The position numbers and the translations under genes were made by a program. 64,000 bases of DNA from the human T2T-CHM13v2.0 reference genome, Homo sapiens, in the NCBI RefSeq assembly GCF_009914755.1, contig NC_060941.1; one strand, 5' to 3'. Under the pieces are notes generated by a model. The model worked only from the letters and a program-made list of their open reading frames with translations, was not told where the DNA came from and did no database searches. This document shows positions 51,617-64,000 of the stretch, piece by piece (within the stretch, counting starts at the first letter, position 1; each line of letters opens with the position of its first letter).

Positions 51617-51854
51617 CTAATGGTAAAAATACAAATGAAAGTAGGAGTTTAACTTTCACATGTATGAACACCCAACTTTCTAAAAACCCTGAAAAATGTG
51701 GTGTATCTTTAATAGGTCCCTATGTTGGCAATGTTCCTGGCACAATCAAGACAAGGCTTCTCTGTCTCCCTAGGTTTATACTGTCACCTGGGAAATGGGA
51801 AAGAAAACAGAGTATATTAATGTCTCTTCCAGCCTCAGGAATCTTCTGCTCTAA

Positions 51855-51992
51855 TACTCATATTTTACAAAGAAGGAATATGAAGCCCAGAGAGATGAAG
51901 TAACACGCCCAAAATAGTATTACTAGTTAGAGGCACAATCCAAGGCTGAATCCTCATCTACTAAAATCCCAGTCCAAGACTTTCTCCACTAT
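51855..51992 (-). repeat. MIR SINE fragment in intron 1
   Basis: cattttaca-like start...gaagcccagagagatgaagtaacacgcccaa. Confidence 0.6.
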
Positions 51993-52607
51993 ATCAGTCA
52001 CATGAGCTCCACAAAATGTAAACAAAAGTGAATGGTCATAGTTAAGTGCTTTCTTTCATACCCCGATAGTTTCACATGCCTACCCCGATATACATCAAGA
52101 ACTATTGGGCTTCTCTTTCTCACCCTCCATGAGTCGGTGGAAAAACTAGCAAATCACTGGGCAGAACCAATGCCAGATTCAAGGCTCTGGAGGCCACAAC
52201 ACTATCCTATGTCCCCTGTGTTACCGGGTAAAAAGCAGATGTGTGGGTGCTATGTGAGAAAGACGCGTCTCATTAGCGCACTTCTCTGTCTCCAGGAATC
52301 ATCCAAGGCACAAAAAGTAAACAAAAAGGCAGTGAGCTGGCAGCCAAAGCAGTCCCCTCTCAAGGCCGACCGACTAGCAGCAGCGTGGGTAAAAGTCGTG
52401 GGTAAAAACTGCTTTGCTTTCAGGGAGGGGCTGCTCTTTTAACAGAGGGGCGGGCTGACTGGAGCAGAGGAGCCAAGACCTGCGTGCTCCTCCGTCTCGC
52501 CCCGGGCGCAACTAGAACCAATAAGTCCCTCAGGCTGAGCAAAGTCTGGCCAGGCTCCGACACGGACCTAGGAACGCGCTGAGGCCAGAGAAGCGGACGC
52601 TTCATAC

Positions 52608-52970
52608 CTTAAGATCTACCCTCCAGCCTCACGGAACCGCACACGGACTCCGCGTCCTAGAGGCGGGACGCGGCAGAAATCGAGAGCGCGGTCCGATGTT
52701 GGGCCTAGGCGATATCCGGAACCCCAAACCCTAGTTGTGCCTCGAGTCGACTCGGACACCAAGAACTCAGACGCCGGGACCAACCGGGTTGTCGATACAA
52801 AGTGGGAAGGATGGGGGCACCACACAAAGGCAGAACCGGGACTGTAGGAACGGAAAAGCGGGAGACTTTTTCAACCTGCACCCAGCACCTTCATTCATCC
52901 CCAGCGTCTGACTCCCGTCGGCCACCGTACTGGTCTGAGAGGAAGGGTGGCTGCGAGAGGAAAGGCAGAG
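52608..52970 (-). other. INTS2: INTS2 exon 1, long 5'UTR form (donor TTAAG|gtatga at 52608)
   Basis: Good consensus donor inside the CpG island. This form would initiate at the exon-2 ATG (MTECTS...). 5' end approximate. Confidence 0.6.
52889..52894 (-). CDS. INTS2: INTS2 exon 1 coding part (ATG AAG = M-K) of the long MKDQQTVIMTEC isoform
   Basis: Minus strand GGGGATGA-ATGAAG|gtgctg. Splicing to exon 2 (GAT CAA CAA) gives MKDQQ, the N-terminus I recall for the long isoform. The donor is weak. Confidence 0.7.
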
Positions 52971-52979
52971 ACGTCGGCG

Positions 52980-53013
52980 CCAATGCAACTGTGCGCGTGC
53001 GCGGCCCCGCCCC
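52980..53013. promoter_or_regulatory. Clustered CCAAT (52980-52984), NRF1-like TGCGCGTGCGC (52992-53002) and SP/KLF GC box GGCCCCGCCCC (53003-53013)
   Basis: Motifs read directly from the sequence just upstream of the presumed TSS; binding is inferred. Confidence 0.6.
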
Positions 53014-53387
53014 TTTCTCCACTTTATTTGCCCTGCCCTACTTGTTCGCCAAAAATTTAGAAATGTGATTCTGGTAGGCTCTGATTTCCAGAGCCTACCA
53101 GCTCCTTCCTTTTAGACAAGCAAGCCACTGAGCCCCTCAGAACTTAAATTTCATCATCACAGGATTGCCATGGCATTCAAATGGCATAACGTGTGTTAAA
53201 ATCGTTCCCACTATTCTTTGACACTAGTGGTACCAAACTGTACTCTTTAAATCTTTGCCTGTGCCTTCCCAGAACCAAAATTCTAGAATCCCAGGATTTG
53301 TGGGAGAATTTTAAAAGTGATCTAACCCCAAACTTTCTTCCGCTCTTGACCTCACACCTCCGCTGTCAGAAGTTAAACACCTTCCTT

Positions 53388-53560
53388 TCAGGTTCTTAAC
53401 TTGGGGGACCCATAGAACCTTAGAGAGGCAATGCACGGGGATTCAGGAATTCTCTGGAATCCGTTCAGAACTGAGTGCTCGGCACTTCTTCTGGGAAGAG
53501 GGTCCAAAACTTTCAACAACTTCTCAAAGGAAGTCTGATCACTCAGAAAAGAACCACTAG
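53388..53560. mobile_element. MER103C-like hAT-Charlie fragment
   Basis: ggttcttaac...tctgggaagagggtccaaaactttcaacaacttctcaaagg...agaaccact. Confidence 0.5.
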
Positions 53561-53729
53561 TCTATATATGAAGAACCGCTAGTCCATATGTCTTCATACT
53601 ATTTATTGTTCCTAGTTCGATCAACGTTTATTTGGCAACTTCTATTTACCAGATATTGTGCTAGGAGCTGGAAATAAAAATATTTTACAAAGATATAGCA
53701 CTTTATAACCTCTTTAAAAATAAAGTCAG

Positions 53730-54330
<601 letters not shown>

Positions 54331-54384
54331 TATATATATATGACTTTCAACATAGATCAGCAAAGGAAGAAAAGAATTGTGTGT

Positions 54385-54670
54385 TGCAATGCTTCTGAAA
54401 ATTTTTTCCACCTGACCCACAATAATACATTTCACATTGTGACCCAGAAAAAACATATGTATATATCCACATACAAAAATAAGTGTAAGTGTATAAATTT
54501 ATATGCTATATAAACATATAAATATATAACATATAAACCCACATTTACATGGAAACAAATATTTCGTATAATAACACACACACTACATGTTTCTACTTCT
54601 CTTTAAAAAACTGCTGGTCACTGCACACTAAAACTGATTTCACACTCTATTAATGGGTTGCACACTGTAC
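54385..54670. mobile_element. MER112-like hAT-Charlie fragment
   Basis: tgacccaca...tacatttcacattgtgacccag...tgctggtcac...ctgatttcac...taatgggttgc. Confidence 0.45.
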
Positions 54671-54699
54671 TGTCCTAGCATTTTTAAGCTAATATTTGG

Positions 54700-54850
54700 G
54701 ATTTATTTATTGAACACTTGCTAGGCACTGTAATAAATGCTTTATATATATTATCTGATTCAATCTTGTGACGTAGGTAATATTCGCCTTTTGCAATTGT
54801 GGAAACTGAGAGAGGGTAAGCAATTTCATCTCCATGGATGGTCATTTCAC
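54700..54850 (-). repeat. MIR SINE fragment
   Basis: gctaggcactgtaataaatgcttt...ggaaactgagagagggtaagcaattt. Confidence 0.6.
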
Positions 54851-55235
54851 AGGAAAAGTGTGAAGGCAGTGCAAACATTGGTTTGAGGGACGAATGAGAG
54901 GAAGATGTGGGTATGAACTAAGTGATTTTAAAGATCCTTTCCAACTCTAATTATGATCCTCTGTTCACTAATGGAGAAACATCATGCAGATTCAGTATCT
55001 CCATCTTGATCTATGGAGAAACAGAAAAATCACTGAATGAGATGGCTGCAGTGTCACATAATGAGTGCTGACACTTCCTCCAAGTCCCCCTCTCCTTTTC
55101 TTCCAGTTCACCAACTTGACCTTGAGTTGCTCAAGCCAGAAACCTAAAAGTCATCCTAGACTCTAATCTCTCCCCCTTGTATTAATTTAGCAAAAATCTT
55201 TATAATCATTGAAACATTGTAATGTTTGCCAATAA

Positions 55236-55999
<764 letters not shown>

Positions 56000-56326
56000 T
56001 GACCAGCTTGCTTTTATTCTTCTACTTTATTTTTCAATCAGACTGGAGGAAGAGAGAAACACAAGTAATGAAAAAATGAGAAAAACAGAAAAACACATTA
56101 GAATATCTATTATGTTTCATGTATACTAGGTGCTTAATGTAGGTTGCAGAGTAATTGAGCTTCCAGCAGTTAGAAGACCTAACTATACAAAGGTGAGGAC
56201 CAATGTCCTTCAGAAATAGTCATAGAATTCCAGAAGCACAAGGATCTCAGAAGACATCTAGCTCCATTTTGCTCAACATGATGCTCTTTATAGTGTGACT
56301 ATTTTATCTTGTAAGATGTCTTTCAG

Positions 56327-58257
<1,931 letters not shown>

Positions 58258-58303
58258 TTAACTTACTTTGTTGAATTAATGATTCAAGCATAAAGATACC
58301 ACG

Positions 58304-59059
58304 ATGCATAGTTTGCAAATATTCTCCCATTCTGCAGGTTGTCTGTTTACTCTGTTGATAGTTTCTTTTGCTGTGCAGAAGCTCTTAAGTTTAATTAGAT
58401 CCCATTTGTCAATTTTTGCTTTTGTTACAATTGGTTTTTGTGTCTTTGTTATAAAATCTTTTCCTGTTCCTATGTCCAGAATGGTATTGCCTAGGTTGTG
58501 TTCCAGGATTTTTACAATTTGGGGGTTTACATTTAAGTCTTTAATCCAACTTGAGTTGATTTTTTATATGGTGTAAGGAATGGGTCCAGCTTCAATCTTC
58601 TGCATAGGACTAGCCAATTATCCCAGCACCATTTATTGAATAGGGAGTCTTTTCCCCATTGCTTATTTTTGTCAGCTTTGTTAAAGATCAGATGGTCGTA
58701 GATGTGTGGCCTTTTTTCTGGGCTCTCTATTCTGTTCCATTGGTCTATGTGGCTGTCTTTGTACCAGTACCATGCTATTTTGGTTACTGTAGCCCCGTAG
58801 CATAGTTTGAAGTTGGGTAACATGAGGCCTCCAGCTTTGTTCTTTTTGCTTAGGATTACCTCAGCTATACGGGCTCTTTTTTGGTTCCATACAAATTTTA
58901 CAATAGCTTTTTCTAGTTCTGTGAAGAATGTCATTGGTAGTTTGATAGGAATAGCACTGAATCTGTAAATTGCTTTGGAAAGTATGGCTATTTTAATGAT
59001 ATTGATTCTTCCCATCCATCAGCATGGGATGTTTTTCCATTTGTGTCTTCTGTGACTTC
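58304..59059 (-). mobile_element. L1 (L1PA15/16-like) ORF2 fragment, inverted 5' segment
   Basis: ORF 58533..59015 translates to L1 ORF2p sequence ([11 protein letters not shown]...[19 protein letters not shown]...). Confidence 0.9.
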
Positions 59060-59125
59060 TGACAAATGTGTAACATCCGGCATCTATAAGAAACTTTAAA
59101 AAAATGTAGAAGAGAAAGACAGCCC

Positions 59126-60587
<1,462 letters not shown>

Positions 60588-61373
60588 TGCAATTTTTTTT
60601 TTTTTTTTTAATGCCAAAGAAGAACAGATGCTGGCAAGGTTGCAGAGAAAAGGCAACACTTACACACTGTTGGTAGGAGTATAAATTAGTTCAACAATGT
60701 GAAAAGTAGTGTGGCAATTCCTCAAAGAGCTCGAAATACCATTTGACCCATCGATGTCATTACTGGTTATATATCCAGAGGAATATAAACCATTCTACCA
60801 TAAAGACACATGCACGTGCATGTTCATTGCAGCACAATTCACAGTAGCAAAGACATAGAATTAAATCTAAATGCCCACCAATGACAGATTGGATAAAGAA
60901 AATGTGTACATATATACCATGGAATACTGTGCAGCCATAAAAAAGAATGAGATCATGTCTTCTGCAGGAACATGGATGGAGCTGGAGGCTGTTATCCTTA
61001 GTAAGCTAATACAGGAACAGAACACCAAATACCACGTGTTCTCACTTAAAAGTGGTAGCTGAATGATGAGAACTCATGGACACAAAGAAGGGAACAACAG
61101 ACAATAGGGTCTACTTGAGGGTGGAGGGTGGGGGTGGAAGGAGGCTAAGGAGAAGGAAAAATAACTATTGGAAACTAGGTTTAATACCTGGGTGATGAAA
61201 TAATCTGTACAACAAACCCCCATGACACAAGTTTACTTATATAACAAGCCTCCACATGTACCCCTAAACCTAAAAGTTAAAAAAAAAAAAGATACCATGG
61301 AATTTTACTAAATAACCTGCTGAATGTTCATTCTCATAATTAGTTTATCAATACTGTCAAAATAAAAGATGAG

Positions 61374-61680
61374 GGCCAGGCATGGTGGCTCACGCCTGTA
61401 ATCCCAGCACTTTGGAAGGCTGAGGTGGGCCAATCACGAGGTCAGGAGATCGAGGCCATCCTGGCTAACATAGTGAAACCCCATCTCTACTAAAAATACA
61501 AAAAAATTAGCCTGGCGTGGTGGCAGGCGCCTGTAGTCCCAGCTACTCAAGAGGCTGAGGCAGAATGGTGTGAACCCGGGAGGCGGAGCTTGCAGTGAGC
61601 CGAGATTGCGCCACTCACTCCAGCCTGGGCGACAGAGCGAGACTCCGTCTCTAAAAAGTAATAATAATAATAAATAAAAT
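61374..61680 (+). repeat. AluY-like
   Basis: Alu dimer. Confidence 0.9.
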
Positions 61681-61824
61681 AAGAGATTGATTCCAGTTAC
61701 TCTCTTTTAGGTATGTACTGCATTGTTATTCATAGCACTTTAGAGGACTTGTCGAACTAATTATGTTCATACAAGTGTGTTTCCAAATATACTGAAGGCT
61801 TAAGGTCAGAGGTTTGTATCTCTC

Positions 61825-62131
61825 TTTTTTTTTTTTTTTTTTTTTGAGACGGAGTCTCGCTCTGTCCCCCAGGCTGGAGTGCAGTGGCGCGATCTCGGCT
61901 CACACTGCAAACTCCGCCTCCCGGGTTCACGCCATTCTCCTGCCTCAGCCTCCCGAGTAGCTGGGACTACAGGCGCCCGCCACCGCGCCCGGCTAATTTT
62001 TTTTTTTTTTTTTTTTTGTATTTTTAGCAGAGACGGGGTTTCACCGTGGTCTTGATCTCCTGACCTCGTGATCCGCCCGCCTCAGCCTCCCAAAGTGCTG
62101 GGATTACAGACGTGAGCCACCGCGCCCGGCC
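61825..62131 (-). repeat. AluYd-lineage element (12-bp deletion)
   Basis: Minus strand gagatcaagacc^acggtgaaacccc lacks the 12 nt found in AluY; CpGs largely intact. Confidence 0.8.
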
Positions 62132-62140
62132 TTGTATCTC

Positions 62141-63855
<1,715 letters not shown>

Positions 63856-64000
63856 AATTTTCAAAATTTTTGCAATTTCCTTTGAGGTTAACAAAGCTAA
63901 TTAGAAAGATATAGTTATGTTCTTTTACAAATGAACAACTTGTGACTTCAAGAGGTTAAGTGTTTTGCCCAAGTTCACAAATGTGGCAAACCTAACAACT

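Larger units (their letters stand above)
52330..53050. promoter_or_regulatory. CpG-island promoter of INTS2 (no evident TATA box)
   Basis: The only non-repeat GC- and CpG-rich stretch in the window; it overlaps exon 1. Confidence 0.9.

Noticed and set aside
51583-53068. + strand ORFs (106, 136 and 88 aa) antisense to exon 1 and intron 1
   Set aside because: No recognisable protein features, partly MIR-derived or GC-rich chance ORFs, and no splice or poly(A) structure supporting an antisense gene.
58533-59015. 160-aa ORF resembling a reverse-transcriptase protein
   Set aside because: It is a fragment of a dead, truncated and inverted L1 ORF2.

Overview
Human (primate) genomic DNA carrying the 5' two-thirds of INTS2 (Integrator complex subunit 2) on the minus strand. 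I reconstructed 18 exons by hand from GT/AG boundaries. They join in one open frame from MKDQQTVIMTECTSLQFV... to ...NTVMPR(R), about residues 1-827 of the long isoform; the remaining exons lie left of position 1. A CpG-island promoter sits at about 52.3-53.05 kb, and the last 11 kb are upstream intergenic repeats. Introns are dense in Alu (roughly 90 elements or fragments in the window), with L1, HAL1, MIR and DNA-transposon fossils and a truncated U6 retrocopy. Almost every ORF in the supplied track is an Alu or L1 translation artefact. I see no new gene or multi-gene system. The best leads are: (1) an in-frame 24-nt microexon candidate and a stop-codon exon candidate on either side of exon 16; (2) two exon-1 donors that rewire two ATGs into an N-terminal extension or uORFs; (3) an apparent Alu-mediated inversion in intron 9; and (4) a twin-primed L1 with nested U6 and Alu insertions. 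Repeat coordinates are approximate, and subfamily names come from recalled consensus sequences, not a database search.
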